Positions 37,601-50,070 of a DNA stretch of 64,000 nt are shown in pieces. Source of the DNA: Mytilus trossulus (taxonomy: Eukaryota); NCBI RefSeq assembly GCF_036588685.1, contig NC_086382.1, forward strand, positions 39,060,001 through 39,124,000, in the 5' to 3' direction. Position 1 is the first letter of the stretch. Every line of letters begins with the position of its first letter. A program made the translations under genes and the position numbers. The notes beneath the pieces were generated by a model. That model ran no database searches. It was not told where the DNA came from and saw only the letters and a program-made list of their open reading frames with translations.

Positions 37601-39334
37601 ACATAAAAGTAGAAATTTAGGTTACAGACGTTTCATGTCTGATCAAAGAAAAAAATCAAAAAAAGATCTAGACATACAAGTGAAATATGTACCGCTGATT
37701 TGAGCATCTTACTTTATTTACTGATTTTCACACTAGTCTATAAATTGAGATATTATTGCAAAATTTTATTATTTTGAAAAAAAGATAGAATTAATAAGTT
37801 TCGCAAAAACATAAACCTCAACGTTTTTAAACATAGCATTTTTTCCTATGTAGCATTTTCTGAAATCGCAATGACTTATCTTGCATTTTGTTCTCTATTT
37901 AATAATTCCAACAAAAACATCCACCCAACAATTTCAGAATTTACAGACCTTGGAATTTGTGCTTTAAGAAAGGAATTTATATTGTCAATTTGTTTTCCTT
38001 TTGCAATGTGCGTGTTGTTGTTTGTTGCACCTCTGTGTTCTGGTATTTTCTTATGATTGATGTGTTTCCCTCGGCGTTAGTCTGTAACCCGGATTTGTTT
38101 TCTTTCAATCGATTTTTGAATTTTGTATATCGACTTCTGTTGCCTTTATTTGTAGGTGGTTTTTGATATCACTTCAAATACATAATTGCTTCACAAATTT
38201 CAAAACAATTCAAAAGACAAAAGATTCGGCCTGTAATCTAATATGATCATAAAACAAGCACAAACTTGCCGATGAGTATTTTCCATCACAACAGATGTAA
38301 TTGATTCATCACAATTTCAGTCTTTTTTCATGGTTAATAAAATGTGTTATCGATCTTCCTTGTCGCCATGTCACTCATGACTAAATTTCGAATTCAAAGA
38401 ATTGTTTCCGCTATGCTATAAGGGAAAGAAATGAATTCGGAGTAACCGATCAGATATATTCATGTTTATGTTTGCTCTAAAAAAAGTTACTAGTATGTGT
38501 GTATTTCAACTACTGCTTTTTAACTATGTTTTTTTCTAGTAATAATGACTTCCGATATGGGAGTATAAATTAAATATGATAAAATGTGTCCATACTTTGC
38601 CAACACGTAGTATAGATTGTGATTTGTTCAAAATTATGATAAAATGATAGGTCAACGAGCTTTTCCTCAAGCTTCAGATTACGAAAAATTTCTATTTCAT
38701 TAGATCACACAGACAACAATTTATTGTGAATAGAAGATAAACTAAATGAACGAATTATTGAATAAACACGATAAGATAGTTTTTAGAAAATGCTTTCAGA
38801 ATATTAAAAGAAAAGATCGAGTCACCGTGTTTGTTTTCCTGCTAAAACACATAGGTTGCACTTTGTAAATACGACTATTTCCTCTTGAGGAGATATGTTT
38901 TAGTCATAGATATTTTGTTTTGTAAACCAAATGGTTCCCAGATATAATCTCTATGTTTTGTCTCATAGAGACTTAACATGGGAATGTTACTAGTGAACAA
39001 AAGTAAAAAAAACAAAAACACTGATCTCCTAGGAAAATTTAAAACGAAAGTCCCTTATCAAATTGCAAACTCAAAAGCTCAAACACATGGTTATGCCGAA
39101 GTTTACTTCTAATGAAAACATTACGGTCAAGAATTTGTTGTACAGAATTTAAGTATATGTATAAGCTCTTAGAAGTACAATGCACATTAATGTTGTCAAT
39201 ATGCACTACAGCCCTTTTTTACCTTTGAATAAAATTATTTTCACGGAGCTTCATATTCAAATTTGCACAGTTTTAGTCTTAAATGGCGTTCCTATTGGAA
39301 CATTGGAACTTGCATTGTCTATATCTACAAAACA

Positions 39335-39480
39335 TAACCTCATCATAGATACCAGAATTCGTCTACAAAAGAACTCATCAGTCACACTCGAATAAAACAT
39401 GTTAAAATGGCCAAATAAAGTACGGAGTTGAAGAGGATTGAGGACTAAAAATTCCTAAAGGTTTTGCCAAATACAGCTTT
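39335..39480 (-). mobile_element. Retrozyme-family fragment (hammerhead partly deleted)
   Basis: ctcatcatagatacca...ttcgtctacaaaagaactcatcag...gaggactaaaaattcct matches the array unit. Confidence 0.7.
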
Positions 39481-40199
39481 GCAACTTAAAATGGTTAAAG
39501 TATACTGGAGATTCCTTCCGAAGATTTACTTTTTATGAGTAACCTTGCCCCTTTTCCCCCTTAAGACGTTTTTTTCAAAACATTGAAAATCAAATAAAAT
39601 CGACCAGCGATTGTAGAAATAATAGTAGTAATATGTTTAAATCTCATAACTTGTTTCCTGCATCAAATTTTGAGGCCTTGATTTTAAAACATGATCTATT
39701 GTGCTGTGCTATTTAACAAACAAAAACGGAACAAGACACCCATACTACATTGAACATGACAAAATAAATTTTCAAACGTTTTACTTTAAGCATGATTATA
39801 AATATCGCTGAACATTAACAGCCTTTCAAGTATATGGATTTACTTCCCTTTCTCTGATAAACAAACGTATGTACATAATTAGTACTGTGACTTGCAGTTT
39901 AGTAGTACAAACACACTGTATAATTGTCTTGGGACTTTCTAAGTGTAAGTAATATTGATATTTTCAAAAATAACAGCAAAAGCTTTTAAACCATTAAAAT
40001 GTTACAAATATTTGATGAAAACATGACGCGGCTGGAAACATCTACATATAAAAGTATTTCTTAAAGTTAACTTTTCCAAACACTTCAATGATAGTCGTTC
40101 ATTACAGCATAGGAATGAGCAGTGATAGGGAATATTCACATTGTAACCTTATAATCTAGACAAATAATGTAAATTTACAAAGTTTGGTTACTTTCGACA

Positions 40200-40329
40200 G
40201 GTTTAAGACCCATTTAATTAATGCACAGACCAGACTGGTCTTTAAATAAAGAATTAATGTAATTATTTACAAAATTTAAGTGATGGATATTATCTGAATT
40301 GTTCTCCGCGAATCAATTTTTAAGAAAAG
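40200..40329 (+). pseudogene. Decayed paralog of mini-GAR exon 1
   Basis: Reads CNYLQNLSDGYYL...*EK followed by the same AAAG|GTATGT donor as 44484; upstream 39830-39930 aligns to 43950-44050. Confidence 0.45.
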
Positions 40330-41328
40330 GTATGTTGAGAGATGCACGTATCTTTATGTACTCTTCTGTGTTATTTTTTCAAGAGTGGAGGATCCAAAAT
40401 GCTGAAGGGTTATGTCCCAGTTACAGGTAATAAAGTCTACTATTTCCTTTTGCTAGTCTTTATATGTAACCTTTTTTCGCTAGTCGGTAAACATTCATCC
40501 ATGATCATCAACAGATATCACAACAATGATATTCACTCAACGCTATAAAACAACTACTTGCCTTCGAATAACTACACCATTTTCATAGATTCTGATATGA
40601 GGCAGTGTCATCCAAAACAGCGATAAGCGGAAATGACCAAGAAACTGCAGACATAAAAAGAGCAATATAATTTTAGAATGCAACATCTATAAGATAATAT
40701 GAATTTTTGTTTTTTAGACCAATGTATTTTTATAAGTTGGTATATAAACGCAATATGTGTATTTATTTTGACCAAGAGATTAATTAGATTTAAACTTATT
40801 GTTTGAAAACTAGTTATAATGACCTGAATACATATTAAGTTAACAACACGTATTTATTTACATCATTAAGCTCTTAAAAACCATCATTCAGTTTTGAAAC
40901 AAAACACTGTGTAATCTGATATCTATACTGTTTTAGACGAATTAAGAATTTGATGTATTGCCAAAAGTCTTGAATACAAAAGATGACTGTCTAATTAACC
41001 AATATAATTAGTTATAAGTGTGTCTATTGTGTGATATTGTGTGATGAAAATCATTTCAATGGGACAAATTAAACATACAATATAAAAACATATTTCCTTT
41101 TTAATTCCAGTAGTTATTGAAAGAGAACAAACTATCAGTCTAGAAATGTGCTTGTACATCTTGGTAGACGATTGACAGTGTTTGGCCTAGAACTGTTCTA
41201 AACAACAAAGGAATACCGAGAAGACCTACATCAAGACATCCTTTTCACTTTCTTCCAGATACAAATGTGGAACGAAAAGGATTGATAAGGAACCAATATA
41301 CATCTACAAGCTACCAGTCGCAAGCAAT

Positions 41329-42546
41329 ATGATCAAAGTCATAAGGACAACTAACTTTCCAACATATGCGGGTAATTCTCTTAGTGACGATTATAACAAT
41401 GAATATGAACGAGTTTTGTACAGCTACCCTCCACAGAGGCGCATTATAAGGATGGTGCCAATAAGGAAATTCCCCGACCGTGATGATATAATTCACAAAG
41501 GATATAATGCTTCTGCAAGGAAAGAACCCAAAAGAGAACGTATTATGTATCCTTCAAGAAGATTAGTCAGAAGGATTAATTGTGAAGCCGACAGTGAAAC
41601 TGGATCTTCTTCTTCTGATTTTGACAGAGATTATAAAGTCCAGGCCATTCGATCAAAGCCAAGAAATGAACGGGTTAAAATCCTTAATTTGCAGAGGAAA
41701 AATGAGTTTGAAAAAAAATCATATGTGTCTCCATCCTTGATCACCAAGGTAAAATCGAGAAGTGGGAGTGAAACTAAATCATCACGTGATGACAGTGATA
41801 GTATGCACACCAAAGTTCAGGAAAAACGGTTCAAACAAATAAGTGAAAGGTTTCGAAATTCATCTCCAAGAGACAGCACGCGTAAAGTCATTGGGAAACC
41901 TTCTGATAGCATAGCAAAATGGATTGAAGTGAGTGAAAAGTTGATTTCTTCAAAAGAACATAATGTTGTTAAGGTCAGCAATAGACACAATCATCATAAT
42001 AAAAAAAGGAAAGAGAGGTTTTCACGAATGGGAGTTCACAGGGGCCATCAACAAAGAAACAACGTGACCCATCAAACCAAACTGACAATCGGTAAAAATA
42101 CTGGTTTAACTTTCATCCGACCCTATAATGAAGTTTGTGGAAACAACGGAGTAATCGAGACAGAGGAAACTTCATCAGAAAATCATCAATCTTACTCGAA
42201 CTCAATTAAAAGGAACGAGACTTTAGAAAGTTATTCGTATACAAGCTTTAGTGAAAGTTCCGAATCAGAAATAAGCGAGGATAATACAACTAACAGCTCT
42301 AAAAGTCAGCAGCATGACAAAAATAAAATCAAGTTTTCAAGGTCAAATCAGACAAATTGTGTTCTTGTTGACTATTCGAAGCTTCTCAAGTATAGGGATG
42401 GCATAGTAAAACCACTTCCTAGAGATACAAAGATGAAAAACACGTTAGAGGAAACATACAACATCAAAGAAAACTTAAGAATTGATTCGGAAATGAGGAA
42501 AATAGCTGAAAGACGTAGTCAGTTAGAAGTATGGACAGAATACTAG
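41329..42546 (+). CDS. Family S copy 2 (405 aa; C-terminus frameshift-truncated relative to 50071)
   Basis: Collinear with 50071 up to RR.QLEVWT; degenerate homology continues to ~42705 (tattacgatgataatttt). Confidence 0.7.
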   Translation: MIKVIRTTNFPTYAGNSLSDDYNNEYERVLYSYPPQRRIIRMVPIRKFPDRDDIIHKGYNASARKEPKRERIMYPSRRLVRRINCEADSETGSSSSDFDRDYKVQAIRSKPRNERVKILNLQRKNEFEKKSYVSPSLITKVKSRSGSETKSSRDDSDSMHTKVQEKRFKQISERFRNSSPRDSTRKVIGKPSDSIAKWIEVSEKLISSKEHNVVKVSNRHNHHNKKRKERFSRMGVHRGHQQRNNVTHQTKLTIGKNTGLTFIRPYNEVCGNNGVIETEETSSENHQSYSNSIKRNETLESYSYTSFSESSESEISEDNTTNSSKSQQHDKNKIKFSRSNQTNCVLVDYSKLLKYRDGIVKPLPRDTKMKNTLEETYNIKENLRIDSEMRKIAERRSQLEVWTEY

Positions 42547-43479
42547 AATAGGGTTGACTATGACGAAACATTTTTTAGAATAATATAAAACAAACCATCA
42601 GTTGTGACTGCTTTGTAAACAAAGAAACGAAAGCATTTCAATAAATCACAAGCGAGACAGAGACCCCTATTATATTGTATTTTTATTACGATGATAATTT
42701 TAACTAATAAACAAATAAATGTCTGAAACAGTCATTTACATTTGATTAGCTTTTAAACAAAAGTAGTATGTTCCAATTGTCGAACAAGAAGACAAGATCC
42801 AATCGTGTTATCCTCAATTATGGCATCTTCAAATGCAACTTATCACGTGCACGTTAAGTGAACTTTCAACCCAGATTGCAAACTAACGTTTGGACATCGT
42901 TGGTCGAATACACCCAACTTTAATTGCCCATCGGTATCTGTGCAAAAATTACTTCATGTTGGCCAATGCCAAAGCCTGATGATACTCTGTTGGGGAATTG
43001 TATGCATTTATTTTCAAAACCTTTTGCCAAACATTGAACCAACGTTAAATATGTTGGTTAGATAAGATTAGTTCTCAACGGTGTGTGTTCGATAAAAAAT
43101 ATTTTAAATATTATATCTAACCATATCAAAATCATCTTATTCAAACAAAATTGAATGACACTTCTATGAAAACGTTAGTAGCATTTGAGACAAATTTGAT
43201 GTTATACTTTGCAAGTCATTCTACTGAATACTTCATAAAACTTATTTTGTAGCGTAACCAGATATACATGTCGTACTTCTATTTGTCTCTTTATTAGAAA
43301 GGCTACGTGCTACATAGATAGTTATTATAGAACAATTCACATCCAACATGAAAATAGTGTTAGTAAATAAAATAAACACCAACAAAGAAAATTGAAGGAA
43401 CCGAGAATGATAATCAAACAAACCAAGTAATGATAATAGTCATCAAATGTACAAAGCTTATAAATCATTTGATTCGCTA

Positions 43480-43605
43480 TTTTGGCGTTTCGTCTACATA
43501 AGACTCATCAGATCAAACTAATTAGAAAGCCAAACAAGTACAAAGCTGTGCCAAATACGGTTAAGGTAATATATGCCTGGGATAAGAAAATCCTTAGTAT
43601 TTCGA
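43480..43605 (-). mobile_element. Retrozyme-family fragment
   Basis: gcgtttcgtctacataagactcatcag...gccaaatacggttaaggtaat...tgcctgggataagaaaatccttag. Confidence 0.65.
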
Positions 43606-44355
43606 AAACATGAGGAACACGCCTATAGTTTTATTTGTTTATGCTTTGAGAGATACGGATTTCAAACATACTCCAAACTTAATAGGCATCTATTGTGGTA
43701 AACAGTTAATATATAAAACTGTCTCTAGCTCAACGTAACTTTGTACATTTCATTGTCTTGAATAAATTGAAATATTTGCATCAGGACTTTCATAACCAAA
43801 CAATCAAGCAAACAAGTGTAATTGCAGTAGTTAAATTATGTTTATACACACACATGTATTATACATACATAATATAGTGATATAACACAAGCACCAATAT
43901 AAATATACAAACTAATTGTAAACACCAGACATAAACAAAATAGCTTTTCAAGTGTATTGATTTACTTCCCTTACTTTTTATCAGAAACGTATACATTATT
44001 TATGTTGTAACTGGCAGTTTTATAGTACTACAGTTTTCCACATTACAATTTATGGCAGTGGTAAGTACAGGAGACTTTATATACATTTTGCAAATGGTAA
44101 AGACTTGACAGTTAAATGTAAAATTTTGAATATTACTTTACTTGAAAGCGAAAGCAATGTTTTTGACTTGAAACATATAATCGATAATTAGCAGTTTACA
44201 TGCACAAAATTATTAAAGCGAACAGTAGAAACAAAGTAATTATCCACGTTTAAATAATAATAGTCTTATAAGTGTGAATTATATGGGTATTATGTTGGGA
44301 GAATATTATTAATATTTCATTTCATGTAAGGAATATACAATACTGTAAAGTCACG

Positions 44356-44484
44356 ATGGCTGCATCGAGACACAGCTTTTCTACAGTTAAAGATAACGCA
44401 TTTCCTCCATGCAAATGTTACCAGTATTTGAGCAAGAAAAGAAGCGGCCAGTATTTTCTAATGGGAAAATTATTACATATAAAG
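44356..44484 (+). CDS. Stand-alone GAR (GAS2) domain protein, exon 1
   Basis: MAASRHSFSTVKDNAFPPCKCYQYLSKKRSGQYFLMGKLLHIK matches the GAS2 PPCKC...G.Y..G.K.L.IR half; donor AAG|GTATGT, phase 0. Confidence 0.75.
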
Positions 44485-46067
44485 GTATGTCTGTTACATA
44501 TCAAAATGAATATAAATAGTATATCGAGTATCGGCGGAATATGATCACTATAGGATACATGTCATAAGATGCAATTGGTGATCGAAATATTTGTCCTGCA
44601 TTATATAGATAACGTTTAAAATATATGTAAAGTTTATTTTAGTTTTAGTCATGATTTATTAGTTTTACATTGTACAACGTGCAATAGTCTTGACAACTCA
44701 CTATAGCATTGTAAACTCTTCCAAGGATTTGTATGTCGTAGTGTGATTATATGTTCTTGATATTGATGTCGACCTCAATAAGTTGCATACTAGATAAAGA
44801 AAACACGCGTTTTATAATCGCTACAATTATATGTATCTATTATAATATAAGAATAGATAATGAGAAAGTATGTATTATCTACCTGGTTACATAACTAGCT
44901 AACCATAATTGTAAAGTTTCAAACTTTGTTTGATTCATTTCTTTACATTTGATGTAGCAGCATATCTTAAAGTTGTATTATCAGTTGTTAATTGACCCTA
45001 GGAAATACATCTATTATATGTTTCACACTTTGTTATTCTTCCTAGTGTAGAGGGAGTGCACGTTGAGAACCCTTACAACAACTATTTGAAGGGTCCTTGG
45101 TAGCCTATTGTAAGGTCCAATGTATATCCCTATCCAATACAATTTATTTTTCCAGTGGCAGTCGTAATTCTCACGACCTTAATTCTAGACGGTCCCCATT
45201 ACAAGACTTAACTATTCTGTTACTAGTATTTGTCCTTGTAATGCACATGCAAGAAATGTTTGCCACTGGATGTTAAGCCACCAACACTAAATCAATAAAT
45301 TTTCTTTAACATCCGTATTTACATTCAAATTACAGTTTGTGTTGGTTTATCGATTTTTGCTACTAAATCTCTTGTTTTACTGTTATTGTAAATTTTAAGG
45401 TTTCACTGAAAAAAATCTTTAAACTTCAACTCACCGGGAAAGTAATTGATTTAAGTGTTTTTGTAAGGTCGCGTGATCTTCTGTAAGGACGTCTCGATTT
45501 CGATTGGAAGTAACAAAAAGTAGAATGTATACACGTATTTCTGATTTGTTTCACTTACAGTAACGTACCCCCATGTTACATTTAAAAAATATTTGCAAAT
45601 AATGTTCTCATATTCTTATTATCTTTTTATTCGAGAATATGACTATCAATGGATATTAATTCATAATTACACCTTATGCAAGACAGATAGATTTTGATTG
45701 GTTGATAGCCAGTTTATTTTTCGCACATTCTAATATTTTTTCCTCATTACAAACGAATTTGCCTGTTTTGCACAATTGCTGGTGAATTTGCCTCAAATAC
45801 CATGCTATTTGGCATTTTGGAAAGTCCTTTTTACACTTTTCGAGCATCTGTCCCCCATTTTTTTCAAATAATATGACATTACGTAAAATAGCGAGCTAGT
45901 GCGTATTCGTATGCATGTATAATTCCAGCGGTTCTATGATAGTATCATCTTACCCTCAAAAATAAACATAAACATATTAATGAATTACAGCTTTCAAGTA
46001 AGAAAAAAGATATCACCACATATACAGAGAGTTTCAATCAAAATATATCGCAGTAATTTAAAAAAAA

Positions 46068-46238
46068 ATATCTCATGTTATGAAGGGGTACTTGCGAAAA
46101 TACTAGTCTTGGGACCGAAATTTGCGAAAAATACTAGTCTTGGGATCGAAATTTGCAAAAAAAACTAGCCTTGGGACCGAAATTTTACAGTCTATTGACG
46201 GGTATTTTTCGCAAATACCCATCCATAACATGATATAT
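46068..46238. mobile_element. Small MITE with an internal 3 x ~31-bp tandem repeat
   Basis: catgttatgaaggggtacttgcgaaaata mirrored by tatttttcgcaaatacccatccataacatg; internal tgcgaaaatactagtcttgggaccgaaatt x3. Confidence 0.65.
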
Positions 46239-46540
46239 CTGTTCAAAATCGTACCCCTTCTAGTATTTGGTTTGAAACTTTTTGCTTGGCTAAGAACGTC
46301 CAACCAATAAAAACTCAGCCAATTAAATGATAATATTTGTATTGTGTGAGTATACGCAATACTGTAATAATTGTCCCATAGATTTTAAAAGTGGCGAATT
46401 ATCATTATAGAAAAACAAAGGAAATGGTATTTCTATCCATGACATCTGTTTTTAACCTCACAGTCACAGTGAGGCCTTAAACACGGAACAAAGAACTATA
46501 TATTATGAATATGCGCATGCACAATTCATTTATTTTGCAG

Positions 46541-46765
46541 GTGAATGAAAAGTCAGAAAAACATCACGTGATGGTTAAAGTTGGTGGTGGTTGGGAGACA
46601 CTGGAGGACTATATGGACCGTCATGTGCCATACAAATTCAAGATAGCAGAGTATAAACGGCCATTATATAGTAACACGTGTGAAGTTAAAGACATATATC
46701 TTGGAATTAAATCACATTATAAGTCCTGGAACCAATCAAAACAGTTTTATTATTCACTATTTTGA
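46541..46765 (+). CDS. Stand-alone GAR domain protein, exon 2 (117 aa total)
   Basis: Acceptor ttttgcAG at 46539-46540, phase 0; HVMVKVGGGWETLEDYMDRH is the GAR signature; tail DIYLGIKSHYKS. Confidence 0.85.
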   Translation: MNEKSEKHHVMVKVGGGWETLEDYMDRHVPYKFKIAEYKRPLYSNTCEVKDIYLGIKSHYKSWNQSKQFYYSLF

Positions 46766-47229
46766 AATAAATATTTTTTAGAAAATCAACAGAAAATATA
46801 TAAAAGTGTTTTTTTACCGATATGAACTAATATTTTAGTTATGAACGACGGTGAACAAGAATACCTTTTTTTTTTAAGTCTGAATAACTCAGAAGACACG
46901 ATTGAATAAAATGAGAAATGAATAAATGAACACTGCAATCAGAGTTTCGTTGCTTCACAAATGTGCTAAATAAATATTACGTAAGTGACCGAAGAAACAG
47001 TCTTAAAAATGTTATGTTGCTATTTAAATGATGTGTTGGCGGAGTAGTTTGGCCATAATTCTTGTGACAAATGTTTATCTTGCACCTCCTTACGTTTCAA
47101 TACTTTATGCATAATGGAACTGGACATAAAACTATAAATAGTATAAATGTTATTTTGATATAGATAAAGTGCAGCTGTTCTTAACTTTTTATAAAGATTT
47201 GTTTTAATAAAGAAGTACCTTAATAAATT

Positions 47230-47455
47230 TCCTGTTTACAAAACTTTGAATTTTTCGAAAAACTAAGGTTCTTATCCCAGGCATAGATTACCTTAGCCGT
47301 ATTAGGCACAACTTTTTGGAATTTTGGATCCTCAATGCTCTTCAACTTTGTATTTGTTTGGCTTTATAAATATTTTGATTTGAGCGTCACTGATGAGTCT
47401 TATGTAGACGAAACGCGCGTCTGGCGTACTAAATTATAATCCTGGTACCTTTGAT
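47230..47455 (+). mobile_element. Retrozyme-family monomer
   Basis: Reverse-complement homolog of the array unit; contains an intact hammerhead. Confidence 0.8.
47384..47427 (+). ncRNA. Type I hammerhead ribozyme
   Basis: gcgtca CTGATGA (47390-47396) gtct-tatgt-agac GAAA (47410-47413) c-gcgc-GTC tggcgt; predicted cut after C47421. Confidence 0.9.
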
Positions 47456-47579
47456 GAACTATTTTACTCAATATTGTTTATGCTAACACAAGTTTGAAAC
47501 GAATTAACCTCTTAATTTTGCAATGTGTAGGCCATCAAGCAGTTTACAAATAATTAAAAATCTTACACAGTTATTATCA

Positions 47580-48200
47580 AGATTGATTTCTTGATCGACA
47601 ACCTTTTTGTCAATTTTGGAGGCATTTATGTCAACAGGCATTCGATACCCTTGCAACGAACTGTGCTACTCTTCTTTTTTTAATTCATGAGCGGCTGACT
47701 TCGTGCAGAAAATTATTTGGATTTTAGGAAGACGATACAGACGTATCCTTTAACTTTGCTGTCCGCTGTATTGATGATGTTATCTCATAATTTGTGAACT
47801 GTGTTCAACACATTCATTCCATCGAACTTTCAATAAAGGATAAATAACCATCCGTTTCAAACAAATCTTTGATGATTCCAGCATCCCTATTGTGAACTTT
47901 CCATTTCTATTTAAAATAAGTCCAGCAGCGCCTGAATACCTCCTTTGTCGAGGAATACGATATGTGAGCATGTATTTTCATTGATAGAGGATTACTGCAC
48001 AAAAGGAAGCTACTAAATCAATTATATTTAGTTTTGAAGTCTAAATCATCCTTTCGTTTATTTTAAGGACACCATTACGTATTGTTTGACTGTTACGCAA
48101 TATCTGTTTCCACGGATAACGACGGATATGATCAAGTTATTGCAGCTACATTCCTGCCCCCTTTTGCTAAATGTGTCCTACCGAATTAGAATTAACATCC
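47580..48200 (+). mobile_element. Highly decayed Penelope-like RT
   Basis: Fragments IDFLIDNLFVNFGG, TNCA, SFNFAVRCIDDVIS and PIVNFPFL, homologous to 28290-29272. Confidence 0.7.
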
Positions 48201-50070
48201 TTGTTTGTACTCACAATCACACGCCACACATGGCTCAGCTCTTGGTAATCCTTCCAAAGCACATTTTTGCTGGGTTCATTCATGTTGCTCAGTCTTGTCT
48301 ATAGTACTATTGTATATCTGTTGGTTTATTTCTTTTGTAAGCCATAGCATTGATAGTCGATTTTTTCGACTTTAAATTTAATGTCACTCTGGTGTCTTTT
48401 GCTATTCTTCTACAAATACAGTGTAATTCATCTGATTGTTAGAAAAATATAAACGTTTTAAGCCGGTGACTGTATGTTGAAAATGTGAACATCATTTCCT
48501 GCAAACTAAAATTTCACGTGCTCATAACACGTATAGAGAATTCTGTTAACAGTTCACTAGAACATTTGATTTGTGAAACACCTAATGTACACAGACTAGT
48601 GTGTACATTTTTACGCTATTAGATATATGGCGTAGGGAAAATGCGGTTAAAATAAAAGAGCTAATTAGCCTGTGTTTTCTTGGAAGTAAGGAGCGAAGTA
48701 ATAAACTAGACATCCTGCTCAGTGTGTAGGTCTTGTACAAAATAGTGATCATACTCATATCAAATAAGCTTTATTCTCGTCCTTATATGTATATAATGTT
48801 CGTCAAACGTCAATTCATTATCTTCAAAAGATAACACAAGTATGAGATTCTACAAACTTTCTTTTTAATGTATTTGCCATCATTCAGGTAATCACAGTTT
48901 CATACATATGTTCGTCTCCATGAATTACCACGCAAAAGATCATAAATATATTGAGTTTAATATGATATGTCTGTACTCGATACAGTTACATTTTTATATG
49001 TTTAATGCAAGGGTGACCAAACTTTTCAAATATTAACAATTGAACTTCTGAGAGTGGGGAAATATTGTATTGCACGAAATTTGGTGGTTGAATCTGTTTC
49101 TCTCCTAATTTTAGACGATATTTAGACACTTTTTATCTTTCTTTTTCTATTCTCTGCAGAAGGTGTGTCCTTATTATGTGACGCCATTGGCATAGAAGCA
49201 TTTGTCGTGAAGTCACACAGAAAAAGTTAGAGGCAAGCAAGGACATTTGATGTGAACATTGAACATTGAAAAATGACGAATAAAAAATTTTGAAAAAAAA
49301 AACATGCTGATAATAAAAACATAATCCACCAGTTTTTTAAAATTAGGTGAAAATTTGACCAACGGTAATAACCGATTAACTTAATTTATATAAACATATA
49401 TATAATTAAAAATAATTCAACGATCAAACATTAGTTTATTAAAGGTAAATAATATAAAAGCTTGCAGTTTAATACTCGGTTCATTTAAATAAAATATTAT
49501 ATTTCTTCCAACAAAGAGACTAGGCAAATTTTAATCTATATTAAATATATATTATATCCTTTATTTGACATAAAAGATAATGACCTAAAGACATATAAAG
49601 TTTACTACACATCCATTTATTACAAAGCCGATTTAAAACTATAGTTGATGTTTGAAACAAACCACTGCATAATCTGATATATATATAGTGTTTCAGTTTG
49701 ATCATAATTTGGTATCATGCCAACATTCTTCAATACACTCGGGGACGGTATATTTACCAGTACAATTAGTTGTAAGCATGTCTTTTATGTAATGTTGAAA
49801 GACAAATAAAACGTCAATATTACAATTTAAATTGACAATAGACAAAACAAATATTGAATATTGGATTTTCGAAATAACGATCAGTTTTGAGGTCTGTCTG
49901 TACATCTTCGTAGACGAGTGCCATTATTGAGTCTAAATTGTTCGAAAACAGCAGAGACCTACCGATAATTCGTACTTTCAGAAGCTATGGCCACCTTCTT
50001 CCAGGTAGAATGGCTAGCTAAAAAAGATATCGAACCAATGTAAAGCTATAAACTATCACCATTCAGTAAT

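Noticed and set aside
45225-45300. SINE 3' tail fragments (also 43740-43810)
   Set aside because: Too short and decayed to classify confidently.
49135-49230. Strong splice-acceptor-like site upstream of 50071
   Set aside because: All frames close quickly and no matching donor or homology was found.
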